64,000 bases of DNA, taken from the NCBI GenBank assembly GCA_964016885.1, contig OZ024740.1:438526001-438590000 (forward strand). Direction: 5' to 3'. The position numbers and the translations under genes are program-made. Source of the DNA: Eledone cirrhosa. Lineage: Eukaryota. The notes below the pieces were generated by a model. The model was not told where the DNA came from. It did not search any database and worked only from the letters and a program-made list of their open reading frames with translations. Positions within the stretch are counted from its first letter, which is position 1, and every line of letters begins with the position of its first letter. Of the stretch, positions 1-17,269 are shown one piece after another.

Positions 1-3000
1 TTATAGAACATACCTTTATAGAAAATACCTTTATAGTACCTACCTTTATAGAACATACCTTTATAGAAAATACCTTTATAGAACATACCTTTATAGAACA
101 TACCTTTATAGAAAATAGCTTTATAGTACATACCTTAATAGAACATACCTTTATAGAACATACCTTTATAGAAAATACCTTTATAGAACATACCTTTAGA
201 GAATATACCATTATAGAACAGACCTTTATAGACCATACCTTTATAGTACATACCTTTATAGTTACTAACTTTATAGAACATACCTTTATAGAAAATACCT
301 TTATAGAACAGACCTTTATAGAAATACCTTTATAGTACATACCTTTATAGAAGATACCTTTATAGAAAATACCTTTATAGAACATACCTTTATAGAACAT
401 ACCTTTATAGAAAATAACTTTATAGTACATAACTTTATAGAACATACCTTTATAGAAAATACCTTTATAGTACATACCTTTATAGAACATACCTTTATAG
501 AAAACACCTTTATAGTACATACCTTAATAGAACATACCTTTATAGAACATACCTTTATAGAAAATACCTTTATAGTACATACCTTTATAGAACATACCTT
601 TATAGAAAATACCTTTATAGAACATACCTTTAGAGAATATACCATTATAGAAAATACCTTTATAGAACATACCTTTATAGAACATACCTTTATAGAACAC
701 ACCTTAATAGAACACACCTTTATAGAATAGAGCTTTATAGAACATACCTTTATAGAACATACCTTTATAGAACATACCTTTATAGAACACACCTAAATAG
801 AACACACCTTTATAGAATAGAGCTTTATAGAACATACCTTTATAGAACATACCTTTATAGAACAGACCTTTATAGAACATACCTTTATAGTACATACATT
901 TATAGTACATACCTTTATAGTTACTAACTTTATAGAACATACCTTTATAGAAAATACCTTTATAGAACAGACCTTTATAGAAATACCTTTATAGTACATA
1001 CCTTTATAGAACATACCTTTATAGAAAATACCTTTATAGAACATACCTTTATAGAACATACCTTTATAGAAAATACCTTTATAGTACATACCTTTATAGA
1101 ACATACCTTTATAGAAAATACCTTTATAGTACATACCTTTATAGAACATACCTTTATAGAAAATACCTTTATAGAACATACCTTTAGAGAATATACCATT
1201 ATAGAACAGACCTTTATAGAACATACCTTTATAGAACATACCTTTATAGAACACACCTTAATAGAACACACCTTTATAGAATAGAGCTTTATAGAACATA
1301 CCTTTATAGAACATACCTTAATAGAACATGCCTTTATAGAACAGACCTTTATAGAACACACCTTTATAGAACACACCTTTATAGAACATACCTCTATATA
1401 ACATACCTTAATAGAACACACCTTTATAGAACACACCTTTATAGAACACACCTTTATAGAACACACCTTTATAGAACATACCTTAATAGATCATACCTTT
1501 AGAGTTATTACCTTTATAGAACAGACCTTTATAGAACATACCTTTATAGAACACACCTTTATAGTACATACCTTAATAGAACATACCTTTATAGAACATA
1601 CCTTTATAGAACACACCTTAATAGAACATGCCTTTATAGAACAGACCTTTATAGAACATACCTTTATAGTACATACCTTTATAGAACATACCTTTATAGA
1701 ACATACCTTTATAGAACATACCTTTATAGTACATACCTTAATAGAACATACCTTTAGAGAACAGACCTTAATAGAACACATCTTTATAGAACACACCTTT
1801 ATAGAACATAGCTTAATAGAACATACCTTTATAGAACAGACCTTTATAGAACATACCTTCATAGAACATACCTTTATAGTACAAACCTTTATAGTACATA
1901 CCTTTATAGTACATACCTTTATAGAATATACCTTTATAGAACAGACCTTTATAGAACACACCTTTATAGAACATACCTTTATAGAACATACTTTAATAGA
2001 ACATGCCTTTATAGAACAGATCTTTATAGAACATACCTTTATAGAACATACCTTTATAGAACAGACCTTTATAGAACATACTTTAATAGAACATGCCTTT
2101 ATAGAACAGACCTTTATCGAACATACTTTTATAGAACATACCTTTATAGAACATACCTTTATAGAATATACCTTTATAGAACATAGCTTTATAGAACACA
2201 CCTTTATAGAACATACCTTTATAGAACATACCTTTATAGAACATACCTTTATAGAACATACCTTTATAGAACATACCTTTATAGAACATAACTTTATAGA
2301 ACACACCTTTATAGAACAGACCTTTATAGAACATACCTTTATAGAACACACCTTTATAGAACATACCTTTATAGAACAGACCTTTATACAACACACCTTT
2401 ATAGAACATACCTTTATAGAACACACCTTTATAGAACATACCTTTATAGAACAGACCTTTATAGAACATACCTTTATAGAACATACTTTAATAGAACATG
2501 CCTTTATAGAACAGACCTTTATAGAACAGACCTTTATAGAAATACCTTTATAGTACATACCTTTATAGAACATACCTTTATAGAAAATACCTTTATAGTA
2601 CCTACCTTTATAGAACATACCTTTATAGAAAATACCTTTATAGAACATACCTTTATAGAACATACCTTTATAGAAAATAGCTTTATAGTACATACCTTAA
2701 TAGAACATACCTTTATAGAACATACCTTTATAGAAAATACCTTTATAGAACATACCTTTAGAGAATATACCATTATAGAACAGACCTTTATAGACCATAC
2801 CTTTATAGTACATACCTTTATAGTTACTAACTTTATAGAACATACCTTTATAGAAAATACCTTTATAGAACAGACCTTTATAGAAATACCTTTATAGTAC
2901 ATACCTTTATAGAAGATACCTTTATAGAAAATACCTTTATAGAACATACCTTTATAGAACATACCTTTATAGAAAATAACTTTATAGTACATAACTTTAT

Positions 3001-6000
3001 AGAACATACCTTTATAGAAAATACCTTTATAGTACATACCTTTATAGAACATACCTTTATAGAAAACACCTTTATAGTACATACCTTAATAGAACATACC
3101 TTTATAGAACATACCTTTATAGAAAATACCTTTATAGTACATACCTTTATAGAACATACCTTTATAGAAAATACCTTTATAGAACATACCTTTAGAGAAT
3201 ATACCATTATAGAAAATACCTTTATAGAACATACCTTTATAGAACATACCTTTATAGAACACACCTTAATAGAACACACCTTTATAGAATAGAGCTTTAT
3301 AGAACATACCTTTATAGAACATACCTTTATAGAACATACCTTTATAGAACACACCTAAATAGAACACACCTTTATAGAATAGAGCTTTATAGAACATACC
3401 TTTATAGAACATACCTTTATAGAACAGACCTTTATAGAACATACCTTTATAGTACATACATTTATAGTACATACCTTTATAGTTACTAACTTTATAGAAC
3501 ATACCTTTATAGAAAATACCTTTATAGAACAGACCTTTATAGAAATACCTTTATAGTACATACCTTTATAGAACATACCTTTATAGAAAATACCTTTATA
3601 GAACATACCTTTATAGAACATACCTTTATAGAAAATACCTTTATAGTACATACCTTTATAGAACATACCTTTATAGAAAATACCTTTATAGTACATACCT
3701 TTATAGAACATACCTTTATAGAAAATACCTTTATAGAACATACCTTTAGAGAATATACCATTATAGAACAGACCTTTATAGAACATACCTTTATAGAACA
3801 TACCTTTATAGAACACACCTTAATAGAACACACCTTTATAGAATAGAGCTTTATAGAACATACCTTTATAGAACATACCTTAATAGAACATGCCTTTATA
3901 GAACAGACCTTTATAGAACACACCTTTATAGAACACACCTTTATAGAACATACCTCTATATAACATACCTTAACAGAACACACCTTTATAGAACACACCT
4001 TTATAGAACACACCTTTATAGAACACACCTTTATAGAACATACCTTAATAGATCATACCTTTAGAGTTATTACCTTTATAGAACAGACCTTTATAGAACA
4101 TACCTTTATAGAACACACCTTTATAGTACATACCTTAATAGAACATACCTTTATAGAACATACCTTTATAGAACACACCTTAATAGAACATGCCTTTATA
4201 GAACAGACCTTTATAGAACATACCTTTATAGTACATACCTTTATAGAACATACCTTTATAGAACATACCTTTATAGAACATACCTTTATAGTACATACCT
4301 TAATAGAACATACCTTTAGAGAACAGACCTTAATAGAACACATCTTTATAGAACACACCTTTATAGAACATAGCTTAATAGAACATACCTTTATAGAACA
4401 GACCTTTATAGAACATACCTTCATAGAACATACCTTTATAGTACAAACCTTTATAGTACATACCTTTATAGTACATACCTTTATAGAATATACCTTTATA
4501 GAACAGACCTTTATAGAACACACCTTTATAGAACATACCTTTATAGAACATACTTTAATAGAACATGCCTTTATAGAACAGATCTTTATAGAACATACCT
4601 TTATAGAACATACCTTTATAGAACAGACCTTTATAGAACATACTTTAATAGAACATGCCTTCATAGAACAGACCTTTATCGAACGTACTTTTATAGAACA
4701 TACCTTTATAGAACATACCTTTATAGAATATACCTTTATAGAACATAGCTTTATAGAACACACCTTTATAGAACATACCTTTATAGAACATACCTTTATA
4801 GAACATACCTTTATAGAACATACCTTTATAGAACATACCTTTATAGAACACACCTTTATAGAACAGACCTTTATAGAATATACCTTCATAGAACACACCT
4901 TTATAGAACATACCTTTATAGAACATACCTTTATAGAACATAACTTTATAGAACACACCTTTATAGAACAGACCTTTATAGAACATACCTTTATAGAACA
5001 CACCTTTATAGAACATACCTTTATAGAACAGACCTTTATACAACACACCTTTATAGAACATACCTTTATAGAACACACCTTTATAGAACATACCTTTACA
5101 GAATAGACCTTTATAGAACATACCTTTATAGAACAGACCTTTATAGAACATACCTTTATAGAACATACTTTAATAGAACATGCCTTTATAGAACAGACCT
5201 TTATAGAACAGACCTTTATAGAAATACCTTTATAGTACATACCTTTATAGAACATACCTTTATAGAAAATACCTTTATAGTACCTACCTTTATAGAACAT
5301 ACCTTTATAGAAAATACCTTTATAGAACATACCTTTATAGAACATACCTTTATAGAAAATAGCTTTATAGTACATACCTTAATAGAACATACCTTTATAG
5401 AAGATACCTTTATAGAAAATACCTTTATAGAACATACCTTTAGAGAATATACCATTATAGAACAGACTTTTATAGACCATACCTTTATAGTACATACCTT
5501 TATAGTTACTAACTTTATAGAACATACCTTTATAGAAAATACCTTTATAGAACAGACCTTTATAGAAATACCTTTATATTACATACCTTTATAGAAGATA
5601 CCTTTATAGAAAATACCTTTATAGAACATACCTTTATAGAACATACCTTTATAGAAAATAACTTTATAGTACATACCTTTATAGAACATACCTTTATAGA
5701 AAATACCTTTATAGTACATACCTTTATAGAACACACCTTTATAGAACACACCTTTATAGAACACACCTTTATAGAACACACCTTTATAGAACATACCTTA
5801 ATAGATCATACCTTTAGAGTTATTACCTTTATAGAACAGACCTTTATAGAACATACCTTTATAGAACACACCTTTATAGTACATACCTTAATAGAACATA
5901 CCTTTATAGAACATACCTTTATAGAACACACCTTAATAGAACATGCCTTTATAGAACAGACCTTTATAGAACATACCTTTATAGTACATACCTTTATAGA

Positions 6001-9000
6001 ACATACCTTTATAGAACATACCTTTATAGAACATACCTTTATAGTACATACCTTAATAGAACATACCTTTAGAGAACAGACCTTAATAGAACACATCTTT
6101 ATAGAACACACCTTTATAGAACATAGCTTAATAGAACATACCTTTATAGAACAGACCTTTATAGAACATACCTTCATAGAACATACCTTTATAGTACAAA
6201 CCTTTATAGTACATACCTTTATAGTACATACCTTTATAGAATATACCTTTATAGAACAGACCTTTATAGAACACACCTTTATAGAACATACCTTTATAGA
6301 ACATACTTTAATAGAACATGCCTTTATAGAACAGATCTTTATAGAACATACCTTTATAGAACATACCTTTATAGAACAGACCTTTATAGAACATACTTTA
6401 ATAGAACATGCCTTTATAGAACAGACCTTTATCGAACGTACTTTTATAGAACATACCTTTATAGAACATACCTTTATAGAATATACCTTTATAGAACATA
6501 GCTTTATAGAACACACCTTTATAGAACATACCTTTATAGAACATACCTTTATAGAACATACCTTTATAGAACATACCTTTATAGAACATACCTTTATAGA
6601 ACACACCTTTATAGAACAGACCTTTATAGAATATACCTTCATAGAACACACCTTTATAGAACATACCTTTATAGAACATACCTTTATAGAACATAACTTT
6701 ATAGAACACACCTTTATAGAACAGACCTTTATAGAACATACCTTTATAGAACACACCTTTATAGAACATACCTTTATAGAACAGACCTTTATACAACACA
6801 CCTTTATAGAACATACCTTTATAGAACACACCTTTATAGAACATACCTTTACAGAATAGACCTTTATAGAACATACCTTTATAGAACAGACCTTTATAGA
6901 ACATACCTTTATAGAACATACTTTAATAGAACATGCCTTTATAGAACAGACCTTTATAGAACAGACCTTTATAGAAATACCTTTATAGTACATACCTTTA
7001 TAGAACATACCTTTATAGAAAATACCTTTATAGTACCTACCTTTATAGAACATACCTTTATAGAAAATACCTTTATAGAACATACCTTTATAGAACATAC
7101 CTTTATAGAAAATAGCTTTATAGTACATACCTTAATAGAACATACCTTTATAGAAGATACCTTTATAGAAAATACCTTTATAGAACATACCTTTAGAGAA
7201 TATACCATTATAGAACAGACTTTTATAGACCATACCTTTATAGTACATACCTTTATAGTTACTAACTTTATAGAACATACCTTTATAGAAAATACCTTTA
7301 TAGAACAGACCTTTATAGAAATACCTTTATATTACATACCTTTATAGAAGATACCTTTATAGAAAATACCTTTATAGAACATACCTTTATAGAACATACC
7401 TTTATAGAAAATAACTTTATAGTACATACCTTTATAGAACATACCTTTATAGAAAATACCTTTATAGTACATACCTTTATAGAACATACCTTTATAGAAA
7501 ACACCTTTATAGTACATACCTTAATAGAACATACCTTTATAGAACATACCTTTATAGAAAATACCTTTATAGTACATACCTTTATAGAACATACCTTTAT
7601 AGAAAATACCTTTATAGAACATACCTTTAGAGAATATACCATTATAGAAAATACCTTTATAGAACATACCTTTATAGAACATACCTTTATAGAACACACC
7701 TTAATAGAACATACCTTTATAGTACATACCTTTATAGTACATACCTTTATAGTTACTAACTTTATAGAACATACCTTTATAGAAAATACCTTTATAGAAC
7801 AGACCTTTATAGAAATACCTTTATAGTACATACCTTTATAGAACATAATTTTATAGAAAATACCTTTATAGAACATACCTTTATAGAACATACCTTTATA
7901 GAAAATACCTTTATAGTACATACCTTTATAGAACATACCTTTATAGAATATACCTTTATAGTACATACCTTTATAGAACATACCTTTATAGAAAACACCT
8001 TTATAGTACATACCTTAATAGAACATACCTTTATAGAACATACCTTTATAGAAAATACCTTTATAGTACATACCTTTATAGAACATACCTTTATAGAAAA
8101 TACCTTTATAGAACATACCTTTAGAGAATATAGCATTATAGAACATACCTTTATAGAATATACCTTTATAGAACATACCTTTATAGAACACACCTTAATA
8201 GAACACACCTTTATAGAATAGAGCTTTATAGAACATACCTTTATAGAACATACCTTTATAGAACAGACCTTTATAGAACATACCTTTATGGTACATACCT
8301 TTATAGTACATACCTTTATAGTTACTAACTTTATAGAACATACCTTTATAGAAAATACCTTTATAGAACAGACCTTTATAGAAATACCTTTATAGTACAT
8401 ACCTTTATAGAACATACCTTTATAGAAAATACCTTTATAGAACATACCTTTATAGAACATACCTTTATAGAAAATACCTTTATAGTACATACCTTTATAG
8501 AACATACCTTTATAGAAAATACCTTTATAGAACATACCTTTATAGAACACACCTTTATAGAACATACCTTTATAGAACATACTTTAATAGAACACGCCTT
8601 TATAAATCATACCTTTATAGTTATTACCTTTATAGAACACACCTTTATAGAACATACCTTTATAGAACAGACCTTTATAGAACATACCTTTATAGAACAG
8701 ACCTTTATAGAACATACATTAATAGAACATGCCTTTATAGAACAGAGCTTTATAGAACACACCTTTATCGAACATAACTTTATAGAAAATACCTTTATAG
8801 AACAGACCTTTATAGAACAGACCTTTATAGAACATACCTTTATAGAACATACCTTTATAGAACATACCTTTATAGAACATACTTTAATAGAACATGCCTT
8901 TATAGAACAGACCTTTATAGAACAGACCTTTATAGACATACATTTATAGTACATACCTTTATAGAACATACCTTTATAGAAAATACCTTTATAGTACCTA

Positions 9001-12000
9001 ACTTTATAGAACATACCTTTATAGAAAATACCTTTATAGAACATACCTTTATAGAACATACCTTTATAGAAAATAGCTTTATAGTACATACCTTAATAGA
9101 ACATACCTTTATAGAACATACCTTTATAGAAAATACCTTTATAGTACATACCTTTATAGAACATACCTTTATAGAACATACCTTTATAGAACAGACCTTT
9201 ATAGAACATACCTTTATAGAACATACTTTAATAGAACATGCCTTTATAGAATAGACCTTTATAGAACAGACCTTTATAGAAATACCTTTATAGTACATAC
9301 CTTTATAGAACATACCTTTATAGAAAATACCTTTATAGTACCTACCTTTATAGAACAGACCTTTAGAGAACATACCTTTAGAGTATATACCATTATAGAA
9401 CAGACCTTTATAGAACATACCTTTATAGAACATACCTTTATAGAACACACCTTAATAGAACACACCTTTATAGAATAGAGCTTTATAGAACATACCTTTA
9501 TAGAACATACCTTAATAGAACATGCCTTTATAGAACAGACCTTTATAGAACACACCTTTATAGAACATACCTTTATAGAACATACCTTTATAGAACATAC
9601 CTTTATAGAACAGACCTTTATAGAACATACCTTTATAGTACATACCTTTATAGTACATACCTTTATAGTTACTAACTTTACAGAACACACCTTTATAGAA
9701 AATACCTTTATAGTACATAACTTTATAGAACATACCTTTATAGAAAATACCTTTATAGTACATACCTTTATAGAACATACCTTTATAGAAAATACCTTTA
9801 TAGAACATACCTTTATAGAACATACCTTTATAGAAAATACCTTTATAGTACATACCTTAATAGAACATACCTTTATAGAACATACCTTTATAGAAAATAC
9901 CTTTATAGTACATACCTTTATAGAACATACCTTTATAGAAAATACCTTTATAGAACATACCTTTAGAGAATATACCATTATAGAACAGACCTTTATAGAA
10001 CATACCTTTATAGAACATACCTTTATAGAACACACCTTAATAGAACACACCTTTATAGAATAGAGCTTTATAGAACATACCTTTATAGAACATACCTTAA
10101 TAGAACATGCCTTTATAGAACAGACCTTTATAGAACACACCTTTATAGGACACACCTTTATAGAACATACCTCTATATAACATACCTTAATAGAACACAC
10201 CTTTATAGAACACACCTTTAGAGAACACACCTTTATAGAACATACCTTAATAGAACATACCTTTATAGAACAGACCTTTATAGAACAGACCTTTATAGAA
10301 CATACCTTTATAGAACACACCTTTATAGAACATACCTTTATAGAACATACCTTTATAGAACAGACCTTTATAGAACATACCTTTATAGAACATATCTTTA
10401 TAGAACATACCTTCATAGAACATACCTTTATAGAACAGACCTTTATAGAACATACCTTTATAGTACATACCTTTATAGTACATACCTTTATAGTTACTAA
10501 CTTTATAGAACATACCTTTATAGAAAATACCTTAATAGAACATGCCTTTATAGAACAGACCTTTATAGAACACACCTTTATAGAACACACCTTTATAGAA
10601 CATACCTCTATATAACATACCTTAATAGAACACACCTTTATAGAACACACCTTTAGAGAACACACCTTTATAGAACATACCTTAATAGAACATACCTTTA
10701 TAGAACAGACCTTTATAGAACAGACCTTTATAGAACATACCTTTATAGAACACACCTTTATAGAACATACCTTTATAGAACATACCTTTATAGAACAGAC
10801 CTTTATAGAACATACCTTTATAGAACATATCTTTATAGAACATACCTTCATAGAACATACCTTTATAGAACATACCTTTATAGAACATACCTTTATAGAA
10901 CATACCTTTATAGAACATATCTTTATAGAACATACCTTTATAGAACACACCTTAATAGAACATGCCTTTATAGAACACACCTTAATAGAACATACCTTTA
11001 TAGAACACACCTGAATAGAACATGCCTTTATAGAACAGACCTGTATAGAACATACCTTTATAGAACACACCTTTATAGAACATACCGTTATAGAATATAC
11101 CTTTATAGAACAGACCTTTATAGAACATACCTTTATAGAACATACCTTTATAGTACATACCTTTATAGTACATACCTTTATAGAACATACCTTTATAGAA
11201 CACACCTTTATAGTACATACCTTAATAGAACATACCTTTATAGAACATACCTTTATAGAACACACCTTAATAGAACATGCCTTTATAGAACATACCTTTA
11301 TAGTACACACCTTTATAGAACATAGCTTAATAGAACATACTTTTATAGAACATACCTTTATAGAACACACCTTTATAGAACATACTTTTATAGAACATAC
11401 CTTTATAGAACAGACCTTTATAGAACATACCCTTATAGAACACACCTTTATAGAACATACCTTTATAGAACATACCTTTATAGAACATACCTTTATAGTA
11501 CATACCTTTATAGAATAGACCTTTTTAGAACACACCTTTATAGAACATACCTTTATAGAACATACCTTTATAGAACACACCTTTATAGAATACAGCTTTA
11601 TAGAACAGACCTTTATAGAACACACCTTTATAGAACATACCTTTATAGAACACACCTTAATATAACATACCTTAATAGAAAACACCTTTATAGAACTTAT
11701 CTTTATAGTACATACCTTTATAGAACACACCTTTATAGAACATACCTTTATAGAATATACCTTTATAGAACAGACCTTTATAGAACATACCTTTATAGAA
11801 CACACCTTAATAGAACATGCCTTTATAGAACAGGCCTTTATAGAACATACCTTTATAGTACATACCTTTATAGTACATACCTTAATACAACATACCTTTA
11901 TAGAACATACCTTTATAGAACAGACCTTTATAGAACATACCTTTATAGTACATACCTTTATAGTACATACCTTTATAGTTACTAACTTTATAGAACATAC

Positions 12001-15000
12001 CTTTATAGAAAATACCTTTATAGAACAGACCTTTATAGAAATACCTTTATAGTACATACCTTTATAGAACATACCTTTATAGAAAATACCTTTATAGTAC
12101 ATACCTTAATAGAACATACCTCTATAGAACATACCTTTATAGAACACACCTTAATAGAACATGCCTTTATAGAACATACCTTTATAGTACACACCTTTAT
12201 AGAACATAGCTTAATAGAACATACTTTTATAGAACATACCTTTATAGAACAGACCTTTATAGAACATACATTTATAGAACATACCTTTATAGAACAGACC
12301 TTTATAGAACATACCCTTATAGAACACACCTTTATAGAACATACCTTTATAGACAGACCTTTATAGTATATACGTTTATAGAACATACCTTTATAGAGCA
12401 TACCTTTATAGAACATACCTTTATAGAATAGACCTTTTTAGAACACACCTTTATAGAACATACCTTTATAGAACACACCTTTATAGAACATACCTCTATA
12501 TTACACAACTTTATAGTACACACCTTTAGCGTACATACCTTTATAGAACATACCTTTATAGAACATACCTTTATAGAACACACCTTTATAGAATACAGCT
12601 ATATAGATCAGACCTTAATAGAAAACACCTTTATAGAACTTATCTTTATAGTACATACCTTTATAGAACACACCTTTATAGAACATACCTTTATAGAATA
12701 TGCCTTTATAGAATGTACCCCTATAGAACACACCTTTATAGTACATACCTTAAAAGAACATGCCTTTATAGAACATACATTTATAGAACATACCTTTATC
12801 ATTATTACCTTTATAGAACACACCTTTATAGAATACACCTTTATAGAACATACCTTTATAGAACACACCTTTATAGAATATATCTTTATAGAACATACAT
12901 TTATAGAACACACCTTTATAGAACATACCTTTATCGAACATACCTTTATAGAACAGACCTAAATAGAATACACCTTTATAGAACATACCTTTATAGAACA
13001 CACCTTAATAGAACACACCTTTATAGAACACACCTTAATAGAACATGCCATTATAGAACATACCTTTATAGAACATACCTTTATAGAACACACCTTAATA
13101 GAACATGCCTTTATAGAACATACCTTAATAGAACATACCTTTATAGAACATACCTTTATAGAACACACCTTAATAGAACATGCCTTTATAGAACAGACCT
13201 TTATAAAACATATCTTTATAGAACACACCTTAATAGAACATGCCTTTATAGAACAGACCTTTATAGAACATACCTTTATAGAACACACCTTAATAGAACA
13301 TGCCTTTATAGAACAGACATTTATAGAACATACCTTTATAGTACATACCATTATAGTACATACCTTTATAGTTACTACCTTTATAGAACATACCTTAATA
13401 GAACATACCTTTATAGAACACACCTTTATAGAACACACCTTTATAGAACATACCTTTACAGAATATACCTTTATAGAACAGACCTTTATAGAACATACCT
13501 TTATAGAACACACCTTAATAGAACATGCCTTTATAGAACAGGCCTTTATAGAACATACCTTTATAGTACATACCTTTATAGTACATACCTTAATAGAACA
13601 TACCTTTATAGAACATACCTTTATAGAACAGACCTTTATAGAACATACCTTTATAGTACATACCTTTATAGTACATACCTTTATAGTTACTAACTTTATA
13701 AAACATACCTTTATAGTAAATACCTTTATAGAACAGACCTTTATAGAAATACCTTTATAGTACATACCTTTATAGAACATACCTTTATAGAAAATACCTA
13801 TATATAACATACCTTTATAGAACATACCTTTATAGAAAATACCTTTATAGAAAATACCTTTATAGAACATACCTTTATAGAAAATACCGTTATAGTACAT
13901 ACCTTAATAGAACATACCTTTATAGAACATACCTTTATAGTAAATACCTTTATAGTACATACCTTTATAGAACATACCTTTATAGAAAATACCTTTATAG
14001 AACATACCTTTAGAGAATATACCATTATAGAACAGACCTTTATAGAACATACCTTTATAGAACATACCTTTATAGAACACACCTTAATAGAACACACCTT
14101 TATAGAATAGAGCTTTATAGAACATACCTTTATAGGACATACCTTAATAGAACATGCCTTTATAGAACAGACCTTTATAGAACACACCTTTATAGAACAT
14201 ACCTCTATATAACATACCTTAATAGAACACACCTTTATAGAACACACCTTTATAGAACACACCTTTATAGAACATACCTTAATAGAACATACCTTTATAG
14301 AACAGACCTTTATAGAACAGACCTTTATAGAACATACCTTTATAAAACACACCTTTATAGAACATACCTTTATAGAACATACCTTTATAGAACAGACCTT
14401 TATAGAACATACCTTTATAGAACATACCTTTATAGAACAGACCTTTATAGAACATACCTTTATAGAACATACCTTTATAGAACATACCTTTATAGAACAT
14501 ACCTTTATAGAACACACCTTAATAGAACACACCTTTATAGAACAGACCTTTATAGAACATACCTTTATAGAACATACCTTTATAGAACACACCTTAATAG
14601 AACATGCCTTTATAGAACACACCTTAATAGAACATACCTTTATAGAACACACCTTAATAGAACATGCCTTTATAGAACACACCTTTATAGTACATACGTT
14701 AATAGAACATACCTTAATAGAACATACCTTTATAGAACATACATTTATAGAACATACCTTTATCATTATTACCTTTATAGAACACACCTTTATAGAATAC
14801 ACCTTTATAGAACATACCTTTATAGAACACACCTTTATAGAATATATCTTTATAGAACATACATTTATAGAACACACCTTTATAGAACATACCTTTATCG
14901 AACATACCTTTATAGAACAGACCTAAATAGAATACACCTTTATAGAACATACCTTTATAGAACACACCTTAATAGAACACACCTTTATAGAACACAACTT

Positions 15001-17143
15001 AATAGAACATGCCATTATAGAACATACCTTTATAGTACATACCTTTATAGAACATACCTTTATAGAAAATACCTTTATAGAACATACCTTTAGAGAATAT
15101 ACCATTATAGAACAGACCTTTATAGTACATACCTTTATAGAACAAACCTTTATAGAACACACCTTAATAGAACACACCTTTATAGAATAGAGCTTTATAG
15201 AACATACCTTTATAGAACATACCTTAATAGAACATGCCTTTATAGAACAGACCTTTATAGAACACACCTTTATAGAACATACCTCTATATAACATACCTT
15301 AATAGAACACACCTTTATAGAACACACCTTTATAGAACACACCTTTATAGAACATACCTTAATAGAACATACCTTTATAGAACAGACCTTTATAGAACAG
15401 ACCTTTATAGAACATACCTTTATAAAACACACCTTTATAGAACATACCTTTATAGAACATACCTTTATAGAACAGACCTTTATAGAACATACCTTTATAG
15501 AACATACCTTTATAGAACAGACCTTTATAGAACATACCTTTATAGAACATACCTTTATAGAACATACCTTTATAGAACATACCTTTATAGAACACACCTT
15601 AATAGAACACACCTTTATAGAACAGACCTTTATAGAACATACCTTTATAGAACATACCTTTATAGAACACACCTTAATAGAACATGCCTTTATAGAACAC
15701 ACCTTAATAGAACATACCTTTATAGAACACACCTTAATAGAACATGCCTTTATAGAACAGACCTTTATAGAACATACCTTTATAGAACACACCTTTATAG
15801 AACATACCTTTATAGAATATACCTTTATAGAACAGACCTTTATAGAACATACCTTTATAGTACATACCTTTATAGTACATACCTTTATAGAACATACCTT
15901 TATAGAACACACCTTTATAGTACATACCTTAATAGAACATACCTTTATAGAACATACCTTTATAGAACACACCTTAATAGAATATGCCTTTATAGAACAG
16001 ACCTTTACAGAACATACCTTTATAGTACATACCTTTATAGTACATACCTTTATAGAACACACCTTTATAGTACATACCTTAATAGAACATACATTTATAG
16101 AACATACCTTTATAGAACACACCTTAATAGAACATGCCTTTATAGAACATACCTTTATAGTACACACCTTTATAGAACATAGCTTAATAGAACATACTTT
16201 TATAGAACATACCTTTATAGAACAGACCTTTATAGAACATACTTTTATAGAACATACCTTTATAGAACAGACCTTTATAGAACATACCTTTATAGAACAC
16301 ACCTTTATAGAACATACCTTTACAGAACAGACCTTTATAGAATATACCTTTATAGAACAGACCTTTATAGAACACACCTTTATAGAACATACCTTTATAG
16401 AACATACTTTAATAGAACATGCCTTTATAGATCATACCTTTATAGTTATTACCTTTATAGAACACACCTTTATAGAACATACCTTTATAGAACAGACCTT
16501 TATAGAACATACCTTTATAGAACAGACCTTTATAGAACATACTTTAATAGAACATGCCTTTATAGAACAGACCTTTACAGAACACACCTTTATCGAACAT
16601 ACCTTTATAGAACATACCTTTATAGAACAGACCTTTATAGAACTGACCTTTATAGAACATACCTTTATAGAACAGACCTTTATAGAACATACCTTTATAG
16701 AACATACTTTAATAGAACATGCCTTTATAGAACAGACCTTTATAGAACACACCTTTTTCGAACATACCTTTATAGAACATACCTTTATAGAACAGGCCTT
16801 TATAGAACATACCTTTATAGAATATACCATTATAGGACATACCTTTATAGAACACACCTTTATAGAACATACCTTTATAGAACATACCTTTATAGAACAG
16901 ACCTTTATAGAACACACCTTTATAGCACACACCTTTATGGAACATACCTTTATAGAACAGACCTTTATAGAACATACCTTTATAGAACTTACCTTTATAG
17001 AACAGACCTTTATAGAACACACCTTTATAGAACACACCTTTATAGAACATACCTTTATAGAACAGACCTTTATAGAACATACCTTTATAGAACTTACCTT
17101 TATAGAACATACCTTTATAGAACACACCTTTATAGAACACACC
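1..17143. repeat. 15-bp satellite array (consensus TTTATAGAACATACC), open at the window start
   Basis: Continuous tandem 15-mers with variants and occasional 14-bp units. Variant blocks recur at 2562, 1753, 1964, 1080 and 435 bp offsets. Confidence 0.99.
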
Positions 17144-17269
17144 GAGTCGGTAGAACCCCCCTCCACCCCACACACGCGGACACATTATATACATATTGTA
17201 TGCGTATATGTGTGTGTATATACATTATATACATATGTATGTGTGTGTGTGTGTATATATATACAATGG

